In this document: one piece after another, positions 10,074-19,900 of the stretch
Layout: each line of letters starts with the position of its first letter
How positions within the stretch are numbered: the stretch's first letter is position 1
Assembly (NCBI GenBank): GCA_951812825.1
Contig: OX638324.1
Location: 311,317-375,316, forward strand
Direction of reading: 5' to 3'
DNA: 64,000 nt
Source of the DNA: an uncultured Dehalococcoidia bacterium
Lineage (GTDB): Bacteria > Chloroflexota > Dehalococcoidia > Lucifugimonadales > GCA-2712585
The notes under the pieces: generated by a model
Told to the model about the DNA's origin: nothing
What the model saw: only the letters and a program-made list of their open reading frames with translations
Database searches by the model: none
Position numbers and translations under genes: made by a program

Positions 10074-11477
10074 ATGAATTCACTCGACTTGACCGAAGCT
10101 ACCATTGCTGGTACAGCCAAACTGCTTCAAGACCAGAAACTCTCTCCGGTCGAGCTTACGGAAGCGACTCTTGAGCGAATCGAACGCCTTGACCACAAGA
10201 TTGGCGCGTTCACCACCGTCACCGCGGACGATGCTCTGGAAAAAGCCCGCCAGGCCGAAAGCGAAATAGCCGCCGGCGACTACAAGGGGCCCCTCCACGG
10301 CATCCCCTATACGCTCAAGGACCTGATCGACACCGATGGCATTAGGACCACCTACGGCTACAGCAGTCACCAGGACTACGTGCCACGGCGCAGCGCCACG
10401 GTGCACCGGCGGCTGGAGGAGGCCGGCGCCGTTCTGATGGGTAAGGTGGATTGCCACTTCCGACGCAACATTCCGGTGTCGTGCCGGAACCCGTGGGACC
10501 TGACTCGCTCCCCCGGTATCTCAAGCTCCGGTTCCGGCGCTTCTATTGCAGCGTCAATGTGTCTCGCTTCCATTGGCTCCGACACCGGCGGCTCCGTCCG
10601 GATTCCGGCGTCCTGGTCGGGCGTGGTGGGACTGCGCGGCACCCTCGGCCTCCTGAGCCGCCACAACGCCCTCGGCCCTTCCTGGTCCTTCGACCAGCTT
10701 GGCCCGCTGGCCAAGAGCGTAAAAGATACGGCCCTTATTTTCAGCGCTGTGGCAGGATTCGACCCCGATGATCCCATCAGCCTGCGCAGTCCCGTGCCCG
10801 ACTACGCCGATGGCTTGCACGAAAACATTGCGGGTTTGCGCATCGGCGTTCTGCAAGAGTTCGTCAGCTCCAATTGTACGGAGGAGGTGGAAGCGGCCAT
10901 CCGCAACGCCTTGTCGGTGCTGGAAGACTTGGGCGCGACAATTCAGGACGTGGATATCGCCCATTCGTCGGAGTCCACCCGTGTCCTGACGGTGGTGTCC
11001 GAAGCGGAATCCGCCGTCGACTACCGCCAGGTCTTCCCCAAGGAGCGGTTGGACAAAATTGACGACGACTTGAAAGAATACCTGGCCCGGGGCGACGCCT
11101 ATACCATGGAGGAGTACCTGGACGCGCAGCGAATGGCGGCTATCCTGCGCCAGGAAGTGGCCGACGCCTTCGAAAAGGTGGACGTAATTGTCGCGCCTAC
11201 CTGCCTGACCACCGCAGTCCCCATATCCCAGGAACGACAGCTAATCGAAGTTCGCGGAGTGCAGGTTAACTATCTGGAACTCCTGCTCAGGGTCACCTCC
11301 ATAGCCAGCGTCACGGGTCTTCCTGCCCTCTCCGTACCCTGCAGCTTTGACGGAAACGGTCTGCCCATCGGTATGCAGCTGATGGGACCGGCATTGTCGG
11401 AAGAACATCTGCTGGGGCTGGGCCACGCTTACGAACAGGCTACCGAATGGCACAAGGCGCGGCCTGCCTTGGACTAG
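10074..11477 (+). CDS. Amidase signature family protein
   Basis: GPLHGIP..LKD, RNPWD, SSSGSG, GSDTGGSVRIPAS, GLPIG.QL. Start at ATG 10074 after GGAGG; the ORF-track upstream extension overlaps the DinB gene. Confidence 0.9.
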   Translation: MNSLDLTEATIAGTAKLLQDQKLSPVELTEATLERIERLDHKIGAFTTVTADDALEKARQAESEIAAGDYKGPLHGIPYTLKDLIDTDGIRTTYGYSSHQDYVPRRSATVHRRLEEAGAVLMGKVDCHFRRNIPVSCRNPWDLTRSPGISSSGSGASIAASMCLASIGSDTGGSVRIPASWSGVVGLRGTLGLLSRHNALGPSWSFDQLGPLAKSVKDTALIFSAVAGFDPDDPISLRSPVPDYADGLHENIAGLRIGVLQEFVSSNCTEEVEAAIRNALSVLEDLGATIQDVDIAHSSESTRVLTVVSEAESAVDYRQVFPKERLDKIDDDLKEYLARGDAYTMEEYLDAQRMAAILRQEVADAFEKVDVIVAPTCLTTAVPISQERQLIEVRGVQVNYLELLLRVTSIASVTGLPALSVPCSFDGNGLPIGMQLMGPALSEEHLLGLGHAYEQATEWHKARPALD

Positions 11478-11599
11478 CGGCCCGACCACTCCTTCAATCT
11501 GGAGTTGCTCTCATTTCTGGAAAACGGTCATGCCTTGCGTTGTATGTGCTTTCAGAAGACCAAACGCTGACGCCTTCATCCTCTGAAATCGTACGCTGC

Positions 11600-11631
11600 T
11601 TGACTTGAAAAAACCGATAATATAGTATCGG
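11600..11631 (+). promoter_or_regulatory. Putative sigma70 promoter with overlapping palindromic operator
   Basis: TTGACT-17 nt-TAGTAT. CCGATA-N6-TATCGG (11614-11631) overlaps the -10 box. Confidence 0.5.
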
Positions 11632-11704
11632 CGTGAGTTTGGTATTGTGTATTGACCACGCCTAACTTATCCCCTACGAAATGTTATCGCAGAAGGTGAT
11701 TACG

Positions 11705-13582
11705 ATGTTGCAACACGTAAAGACCTCCAAGCTAGCTACCCTGGCAGCGGTGGCAGCCTTCTTGGCGCTAGCCTTGCTGATCATTAGCTGTGGCGACGAT
11801 GAATCTGAGGCAACGCCCCAGCCGGCGCCCACTGCGGCGCCTGCGGCAACCCCGGCGCCCACGCCCGCACCCACTGCAGCGCCTACGCCTACAATGGCTC
11901 CCACTGCAGCCCCGCAGCCTACGGCGACGCCCAGGGCAACGCCGCGACCCACTCCCACGCCCACCGCGACTCCCACACCGACGCCAACGGCAGTAATGAT
12001 GCCGGAGCCCGTGGAGTCCAGGCTGAAGGTTGCAATCAACGTGCCGCAGTACGGAGAGAACCTGGAAGCATCGATCCACAATTCCATCGGCGGATTCCTC
12101 CTTCCCAACGCAGAATCGTTGGTGGGCAGCGACCACATAGACGGTGAATTCTATCCCATGCTGTCGAGTGGCTGGGACCTGAGCAACAACGCCATGACAT
12201 GGACTATCAATCTTCGCCAGAACGTGCCCTGGCACGGAGGCAACGGCAACTTCTCATCGGCGGACGTCATCCACTCCCTAGAAAGGGCGGTTAATCCTGA
12301 AGTGTCGTCATTCTCCTACATCTCCCGCTTCCCGCAGCTGGACGGAACCCCCGGGAGTATTGTCCAGAATATAGAAGCGACTGATGATCACTCTGTGAAG
12401 TTCGAAATTGACTTCCCCTACGTGCGCCTTTTCAAAGCCCTGGCAGGAAGCGAGGGGCTGTTCATGACCAGCAAAACACACTTTGACAATGTCGGAGCCG
12501 ACGGCTACTCCACGGACCCCGTCGGTACAGGTCCTTACAAGTTTAGAGAATTCAGGTCAGCAGAATACAGCCTCTGGGAGGCAGTCGACTATGACCACTA
12601 TCGGGTCAATCCGGATTTCCCGGAACTGCAACTGATTTTTGCCGACGAAGAAGTCACCCGCTTCGCGATGCTTGAAGCGCGCGAAGCCCACACTACCGTT
12701 GTGGGCGAGGAATTGACTCGTCAGGCGGAACAGCAGGGCTTGCAGGTCATCCAAACCACCCTTCCTGCCTACCACCTGAACATTTTCTTCGGCGGCAACT
12801 ACATTCCAGGCACTGAGACTGTGGACGGCGATTCCGCCATCGACGAGTCCCTACCCTGGTATGGGACGAGCGAAAATGCCATCAAGGTCCGTACTGCCCT
12901 CTCTAAGGCCATTGACCGCGACGCTCTCAATGATGCCTTTTACGGTGGACGAGGCGAAAAGGTCATCACGTCCCTCTTCCACCCGAACCTCGGACCTTGG
13001 CGCGACGTATGGTTCAGCCGCTATGAGGACATACACGCCTACGACCCAGAAGGAGCAAAACAACTACTGGCCGAAGCAGGATTCCCGGAGGGATTCAGCG
13101 GCTACGAGTGGGCAGCATTCGAGATAGACGTTGCCCCTGAGACCAACCTGCTGCCAGAAGCAGTGCTAGCTGAATGGGCCAAGATTGGCGTCGACCTGAA
13201 AATCTTCCAATCCCAGCGCGGCGCCTGGGTAGGAAACCACCGTCAGAAGAACACCAAGGGCTACGTATACTCCTGGCATTCCACCTGGCAGCCTATCGAG
13301 TCCCGATTCGAGATTTACGCCTACAGCAAGGGATTCGCCGCCTGCTGCTCAACCACCGAGTTCGACAGCCTCTTCGAAGATCTCATTTCCGAACCGGATC
13401 TTCGGGTATACGACGAAAAGCTGAGGGTCATTGGTGACACCATCCTGGACACGGTCTTCTTCCTTCCCCTCTTCTGGGTCTACACGGACATCATCATCAA
13501 TCCTGACGTTATTGCCGAATACCAGACGGCGGGTATCTGGCAGGCCCACGACTGGGAGTACATGAAAGCGGTGAAGAAGTAA
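11705..13582 (+). CDS. ABC transporter family-5 (Opp/Dpp-like) substrate-binding lipoprotein with Pro/Thr/Ala tether
   Basis: Lipobox LIISC, PT-rich linker, LR..V.WH...G.FS..DV, P.GTGPY, VR.AL..AIDR, YDPE.AK.LLAEAG. Confidence 0.88.
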   Translation: MLQHVKTSKLATLAAVAAFLALALLIISCGDDESEATPQPAPTAAPAATPAPTPAPTAAPTPTMAPTAAPQPTATPRATPRPTPTPTATPTPTPTAVMMPEPVESRLKVAINVPQYGENLEASIHNSIGGFLLPNAESLVGSDHIDGEFYPMLSSGWDLSNNAMTWTINLRQNVPWHGGNGNFSSADVIHSLERAVNPEVSSFSYISRFPQLDGTPGSIVQNIEATDDHSVKFEIDFPYVRLFKALAGSEGLFMTSKTHFDNVGADGYSTDPVGTGPYKFREFRSAEYSLWEAVDYDHYRVNPDFPELQLIFADEEVTRFAMLEAREAHTTVVGEELTRQAEQQGLQVIQTTLPAYHLNIFFGGNYIPGTETVDGDSAIDESLPWYGTSENAIKVRTALSKAIDRDALNDAFYGGRGEKVITSLFHPNLGPWRDVWFSRYEDIHAYDPEGAKQLLAEAGFPEGFSGYEWAAFEIDVAPETNLLPEAVLAEWAKIGVDLKIFQSQRGAWVGNHRQKNTKGYVYSWHSTWQPIESRFEIYAYSKGFAACCSTTEFDSLFEDLISEPDLRVYDEKLRVIGDTILDTVFFLPLFWVYTDIIINPDVIAEYQTAGIWQAHDWEYMKAVKK

Positions 13583-13631
13583 GAAGCTTCTGGTATCCGA
13601 ACCCGGTCAGTTCAAGAATGAGGAGAATGAT

Positions 13632-15755
13632 ATGTTGGAATACGCAAGAGCCTCAAAGCTCACCACTCTGGCATCCATGGCAGCCCTCATGGCGCTAGCC
13701 TTGCTGATCATTAGCTGTGGCGACGATGATGCAGACGAACCGGCGGCGCCGCCAGCGACCGTCGACGTAGCGGCAATATCCGCCGGCGTATCTGCAAGCA
13801 TAACAGCCCAAATGGAACAGACCATCCGCAACGAAATGGCGAATATGCAACCCCCTCTGTCTGAGGATGAAATTCGCTCCCTAATTGAGAGCGCGATTAG
13901 CCAAAGCGCCCCGGAAGGCGTCTCCGCCGCCGATATTCAGGCAATGGTGGATAGCGCCGTGGCCGCGGCTGCGGCCGAGGGTGTTAACCAGGAAGACGTT
14001 ACCGCGGCCATCGGAGTTGCGCTGGCAGAAGCGGCCGCCTCTCAGACGGAACCCCTTACTGAAAGCGACGTAGCGCGGATTGTGCGGTCGGCCATGTCCA
14101 CGCCGGCTCCCACACCCGCCCCCGCACCCACGGCAATGCCCACGCCAGCGCCCACCCAGACACCGGTAGCAATGATGGAGCCAGTGGAGTCGCGGTTGAA
14201 GGTAGCCATGCCCAACCCGGCCTACGGCGAGCGCATGGAAGCTTCGGTGCATAACGTGGTGGGAGGTTTCCTGCTTCCAAATGCCGAATCCCTGGTTGGG
14301 GACCACCATATAACGGGCGAATACTACCCTATGCTCGCCACTGAATGGACCGTTGGAGAAGATGCCAGGTCGTGGACCTTCAAACTCAGAGAGGGAATCC
14401 CTTGGCACGGAATCGGCAGTAATTTCTCTGCCCAGGACGTGATCCACTCCTTCAACCGGACCCATGCCAAGGTTTCGGTTCACAGCTATCGCAGCCGCTG
14501 GCCCACTCCGGACGGTGCTGCCGGTCAGGTGGTGGGAAGTATCACTGCCGTCGGAGACAATGAAGTCAGATTCGATATGGTAGGCCCTTACACTCGCCTC
14601 CATAAGGCCGTTGCAGGTAGCGAAGGCCTCTTCATTACCAGCAAGGACTACTTCGATCTCGTTGGGGAAGACGGCTACCGAGACAATCCCGTCGGCACCG
14701 GCCCGTACCAGTTCGTCGAATTGCGCTCCTCGGAATTCAGCGTCTGGGAGGCTGTCCCTTACGACCACTATCGGGTGAACCCGCAGTTCCCCGAGTTGCA
14801 ACTGGTGTTTTCTGACGAGGAAGCTACCAGGATCGCAATGATGGTAAATCAGGAGACTCACACCACCGTTGTGTCGAAAACCCTCACCAAACAGGCCGAG
14901 GGCATACCTCATCTCAAGGTCGAGACCACTACGCTCCCGACACTGCACCTGAACATCTTCTTCGGCGGCAACTATCCTGCGCACTTCCTAACCGCGACGG
15001 GAGAGCCGGCGGTGGATGAAAACCTGCCCTGGTATGGACACAGTGAGAACGCCGTTAAGGTCAGGCGCGCCCTCTCCATGGCTGTCGATCGAGACGCCAT
15101 CAACAAGGCTTTCTACGACGGCGAAGGGGAACCCGTAAAAGTGTCCTTGTTCCATCCTGGACTCGGACCCTGGCGACCCGAGTGGGACGCGAGATACAAT
15201 GAGCTTCACGCCTACAATCCGGAGATGGCCCGTCAGCTCCTGGCCGAAGCCGGCTACCCCGACGGCATTACCGGCTACAAGTGGTCTCTCTACTTCATCG
15301 ACATCGCCCCGGAGGTTCTCGACATAGCCGAAGCCGTAGTTGCCATGTGGAAGGAAGTTGGCGTCGAGCTTGAGATAGAAACCACCGAGAGAAGTACATG
15401 GGGAGGCGCAGGTAGAGCCAAAGAAACCGCGGGGTACGTCTACATCTGGCACTCCACCTACGCGCCAATCGAGGCCAGGTTCGAGATATACAGTTGGAGC
15501 GGCAGGCCCGGGGCCGGATTCACGTCGGAGCGGTTTGACGAGCTTTATCTGGACCTGCAAAACACCACAAGCGTTGATGAGATGAATCAGAAGCTGCTGA
15601 ACCTGGGCGACGTGATACAGGAGACTATCCCATACGTTCCTCTCTTCTGGGTATTCACCGACTACATAGTCAATACGAGAGTTATAGAAGATTACACGAG
15701 CGCCGGCATCTGGCAGGTGCACGATTGGGAGTATGCGGTCCCGGTGAAGAATTAG
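13632..15755 (+). CDS. Second family-5 substrate-binding lipoprotein, paralog with an extra N-terminal helical region
   Basis: Same lipobox and SBP5 motifs as the upstream gene, plus an Ala-rich insert of about 120 aa before the PT linker. Confidence 0.88.
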   Translation: MLEYARASKLTTLASMAALMALALLIISCGDDDADEPAAPPATVDVAAISAGVSASITAQMEQTIRNEMANMQPPLSEDEIRSLIESAISQSAPEGVSAADIQAMVDSAVAAAAAEGVNQEDVTAAIGVALAEAAASQTEPLTESDVARIVRSAMSTPAPTPAPAPTAMPTPAPTQTPVAMMEPVESRLKVAMPNPAYGERMEASVHNVVGGFLLPNAESLVGDHHITGEYYPMLATEWTVGEDARSWTFKLREGIPWHGIGSNFSAQDVIHSFNRTHAKVSVHSYRSRWPTPDGAAGQVVGSITAVGDNEVRFDMVGPYTRLHKAVAGSEGLFITSKDYFDLVGEDGYRDNPVGTGPYQFVELRSSEFSVWEAVPYDHYRVNPQFPELQLVFSDEEATRIAMMVNQETHTTVVSKTLTKQAEGIPHLKVETTTLPTLHLNIFFGGNYPAHFLTATGEPAVDENLPWYGHSENAVKVRRALSMAVDRDAINKAFYDGEGEPVKVSLFHPGLGPWRPEWDARYNELHAYNPEMARQLLAEAGYPDGITGYKWSLYFIDIAPEVLDIAEAVVAMWKEVGVELEIETTERSTWGGAGRAKETAGYVYIWHSTYAPIEARFEIYSWSGRPGAGFTSERFDELYLDLQNTTSVDEMNQKLLNLGDVIQETIPYVPLFWVFTDYIVNTRVIEDYTSAGIWQVHDWEYAVPVKN

Positions 15756-15804
15756 GAGGCATGTGATATCCTGACCTTGGGAAGCCAAAGTTTTACGTGG
15801 GAGG

Positions 15805-16887
15805 TTGCAAATGAAGGTCCCCTTCGGAGCCGTTGACGCCGACGGTCACATCAACGAACCGGAAACCAAGCTCATGGAATACCTGGAAGGCCCGTACAAA
15901 GACATCAAGAGCTTCCATAGCTACATACCCAGCGGCGATGGTGTCGTTGGCGGCGGCGTAGTCGCCGGCAAGGACTACATGGACTCAAGCCTCGGCGGAC
16001 GCCTGGGCGCCCACGGCGGACCCGACTTTCCCAGTCCCCAGGAGTGGCTGGATAACGCCGACGCCGGTGGCTTGGAGACGATATTCGTCTTCCCCACCAC
16101 GCTGTTGGGCTACTCGCGCATCATTGACCCCGACTACCTGATCGCTCTGACCAGGTCCTACAACAACTACGTCTCCGAAGAGTGGCTCAAGTTCAACCCC
16201 CGTTTCAAGTCGGTGGCCCTCATGCCCCTCATGGACGTGGACGAGTCCATCAAGGAGATGCGACGCTGCGTCACGGAGCTCGGCTACAACGGTGTCTTCC
16301 TCGCCGCCGTCGGCTTCGGCCTCCTCGGCGAGAAGCGCCTCGACCCCTTCTACGAGGAAGCGGAAAGGCTCGGAACATTCATCGCCGTTCACGGCGGACA
16401 CGCCACCGCGGAGTCCCAGAAGTACACCAAGTTCATACAGCGGCACACCATCGGCTTCCCCGTGTCCGCCATGATGCAGATGATGCACATGACCTACGAG
16501 GGCGTCTACGAAAAATTCCCTAACCTGAAGGTCGGCTACCTCGAGGCAGGCTGCACCTGGGTCCCCTACCTACTGGACAGGATGGACGAGGAGTGGGAGA
16601 AGCGCGGCTGGTTCGAGACCCCAAACTGCAAGAAGAAGCCCAGCGACTACATCAAGGGCGGCAACGTGTATATCCACGCTGAGCCCGGTGAGGAGCTCAT
16701 CCCCGAAGTCATCCGGGTAATGGGCCAGAACCGCCTCTTCTACGCCTCCGACTGGCCCCACTGGGACAACGAATACCCCGAAAGCCTATACCACATCTGG
16801 GAGAGGAAGGACCTTACGGAGGAGCAGAAGCGGGGGATCCTCCGCGACAACGCCGCCGAAATGTACGGCCTGGACAACGGCAGCTAA
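15805..16887 (+). CDS. Amidohydrolase_2 family metal-dependent hydrolase/decarboxylase
   Basis: DADGH..E, YNN, P.LK...LEAG..W.P....RMD, SDWPH.D. Confidence 0.9.
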   Translation: MQMKVPFGAVDADGHINEPETKLMEYLEGPYKDIKSFHSYIPSGDGVVGGGVVAGKDYMDSSLGGRLGAHGGPDFPSPQEWLDNADAGGLETIFVFPTTLLGYSRIIDPDYLIALTRSYNNYVSEEWLKFNPRFKSVALMPLMDVDESIKEMRRCVTELGYNGVFLAAVGFGLLGEKRLDPFYEEAERLGTFIAVHGGHATAESQKYTKFIQRHTIGFPVSAMMQMMHMTYEGVYEKFPNLKVGYLEAGCTWVPYLLDRMDEEWEKRGWFETPNCKKKPSDYIKGGNVYIHAEPGEELIPEVIRVMGQNRLFYASDWPHWDNEYPESLYHIWERKDLTEEQKRGILRDNAAEMYGLDNGS

Positions 16888-16901
16888 CGTTTAGCCTAAC
16901 C
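16763..16901 (+). repeat. Left copy of a 139-bp direct repeat (3' end of the amidohydrolase gene plus 14 nt)
   Basis: Matches 21044-21182 with 5 mismatches. Confidence 0.97.
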
Positions 16902-16910
16902 GCAGGCTAA
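16891..16910. terminator. Short hairpin between convergent genes
   Basis: TTAGCCT-aaccgc-AGGCTAA perfect inverted repeat just after the amidohydrolase stop. Confidence 0.35.
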
Positions 16911-16942
16911 TCCCTGTAGGGGCAGCCCCCTTCTTCTATCTG

Positions 16943-19900
16943 CTACAATTCCGACTGCGCGAAATATTCTTCATACTCATTGCTCGCATTCCTGATGTGG
17001 CTATCCATCTGCCTCACCACATCCTTAACCCATCTGCGCACAGATGCCTTGGGATGCTCGGCAAGCTTGCCGAACGCATCCTTGTATATGGCGAAGTACG
17101 TAGTCTTTGATCCGGTCCAACTAAAGGTGAAGATGTTGCTTTCAACCGCACGTTGAACGTTTTTCATTTCACCAAACTCGTCAATAAGCTTAATCATAAT
17201 CGGATGAAACTCTCTCTCCGAGGCATCAGCACCCTGAGTTGTAAGGATCGGAACTACGCTTGCCGTGAATGCGGGAGCGGAATTGGGATGCGCATGGCAC
17301 CAGGCAAACAACGTGTGTTCCGGCAAGTTCAGCAGCAGTTTATTCGGTTGGTCCGAAAAGGAGAATGCATCACCCAGAGTAAACCGAAAGGTCTCTGCGA
17401 ACAGTTTGTCAGATATTATGGCTTCGCCGATGATGGGCCAGACAATCTCCGGAAAGTCCGAAAGCAGCCTTGGCATCACCGGCCTAATGAACACTCCAGA
17501 GCTGAAGAATGACTCTCTCTCACTGACCACCACAGCTTTTGCCAAAGATAGGGCTGTTGCGCAGGCACTTCTATCTCCTCTGCCTTTGCGTAACATCCAA
17601 TCAATGATAGAACCGAACTCCGATGAATCCCCACCCCACCATGTTGGTTGTTGCCAACAAGAGGCGTTCTCAGCGAGCTTGATGATTACCGGCTTAAGGC
17701 CTTCCAATTTTCTGGAAGTTCCAGTTGCATACCACCATATTAAATCTATTCCCTCCCTGTACCCCTCCGCGCTGTGGTCTAGCAAAACATTGAACAGTGG
17801 CGTAACATCAGCGCTCGAAAGCGTACTGCCTCCTAACCAATTTTGCCATTCCCGCAAGTCAATAGGATTCAGCAGTTCATCTTGGAGAGCTTGGATTGCC
17901 AGGTGAATATCAGAGGGAGTTATGCCAATGACTGCACATACCAGTGGATAAGAAGAAGCAAGCTCACGAGATTGCCCAACCCATTTCTTGAATGCGACTA
18001 CTTCGTCAGGGTGCAATTTATTTAGCCCTGCGACAAATCCCGCCATCAAATCGTAATTACGCTCATCCCGTGGTACCTTTATGACGGCTTCAACGACAGG
18101 CTTCAACCAGTCCAGCGGCGTTTCGGACACATCCGCAATCTCCCTCCCAAATACACGTGCCAAGCTCTGGCTTCCGATGCTCAACTGCGACAGATATCGC
18201 GAAAGTGTGTCAGGTTCCTTAATCATCTCGGCGGCCAAGTTGCGCGCCGTTTCGACACGGTCTTCGTAAAGCTTTTGATAGTCCTGCTCATTTTTCATGT
18301 GGAAGTCGATCAGGTAATCCGTAACGCCAGCCTGCAATCGGTCCTCTAAACTTCTTGGCTTCAACTTCTCGTATACGGCGCGCACCCGCTCGGTGGTTTC
18401 AGAATCCAGTTGCTCGGCATCACGAGCAAACGAAAGGCTCATGCTTGTAAGCGCCACCGGCCAATAGCCAACGGTGTCAGTTACAGTGCTCACCACCTGT
18501 TCCACCAGATCAATTAGACCCTCACGGCTGACGAGCGAACGCAGATTAAAACCAAGGTCTTTTCTCGCCAATGCGCCGGCCTCATCCTCCCGATTGGCAA
18601 TTTCTGAAAGCCGAATAACGCAACTAATGAGATATTCCCTAGCCTCTCCCACTGTAGGATGCCAAGGTTTCAAGGCTTCTCTCAAACCATGCGACTCCGG
18701 TCCCAAAACGCGCGTGAATCGATACGTGGCAGATGCGGCACCCAAAGCCATAGCCGCCATCCTTAGCTGGCCTGCGTCGCCGGTTTCAATCACCCCGTCC
18801 AGATAAAGCAGTCTAGTCTTTCCGTCTGCCGCCGTCCCGCCTGCAACCAAAGGAAACAGCCCCCCAAATTGTCCCGTTGCGTTGTTCGCATAACTCTCAT
18901 TTTCCGCCAAGGCGAGCCGCAGCAAGAGATCCGCTCCCTCTTCAAATGAATCTGGGACAAAAGCAATCTTCTCAGCTGCCCAAACCAGATGTCTACGCAG
19001 GTTGCCCTCTACTTTCGTCAAGTCGTCAATCTCGTCCAAACACCCTCCTATAGACTCCGCTACCATCATGGAATCCACCTCTGCTAGTGACGACAATACC
19101 TCTGCATGCCCCGCCTCATAAAGACCCTTTGGCCCGTTAAATGGTCCCTTGTGCCTACAAACGCGACTCACCACTTTCTTGGCTATATCTGTCGTGTTTA
19201 TCAAGGCCAACTGTTTCGCTGCCTGTATCTTCAGCGAAGTATCGACATCACCTGCTAGGACCCACTCCCACTTGTCAGTCGTCCACTCTTGCCATTGCAT
19301 CTCTGTCAACTTCATCGCAATAGGACGAGGTTGGATAATTACATGCCTCCCACGGCGTTGGACTATGCCGCGCTCAACGAGTCTGTGAATGGCCACATAC
19401 ATGTCTTTAGAATTAATATCCCGCCCCAACCTGGAAACTTCCTGAAACTGTCCCTCAACTTCGCCCTCAATTCCAACCATCCCAAATGTTGCAAGCAGTC
19501 TGGCAACCTTCAGCAATAGCTCCGGTTCTTCTGAATGTCGTCCCAAGACAAAAGTTTTTGTCATTCCCCAATCGGCGACACCTGCGATCGCCGCACCCCG
19601 TTTCCACGCCTCCCCTATACGTAATGCCATCAGGGGATGCCCCTTGCTGAATCTCTCCAGACGGCTTCGATTTTCTATTCCTAAGCCGGGCAATATTCGC
19701 TTGATGATTCCCGCCGTCACCGTCTCTGGAGCCTCATTGACCTCAACAGTGTCTGCACCGAGCGATCCCAAAGAAGTCTCGTTGTCTATGGTTATCAACG
19801 AAAGACGGCTACCTTGTCTAAGAACCATGCCCGCGAGAATCTGGTGAGTCTTCAACTCGCAATCATCAACGACCACCACCGCCCGCAATCCCGAATCAGC

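Noticed and set aside
11810-11995. Repetitive DNA resembling a tandem repeat array
   Set aside because: It is the coding sequence of the Pro/Thr/Ala linker; there is no repeat-spacer structure.
8020-15788. Other long antisense ORFs (8020-9186 +, 13881-14984 -, 14988-15788 -)
   Set aside because: Fully overlap confident genes on the opposite strand; no family signatures.
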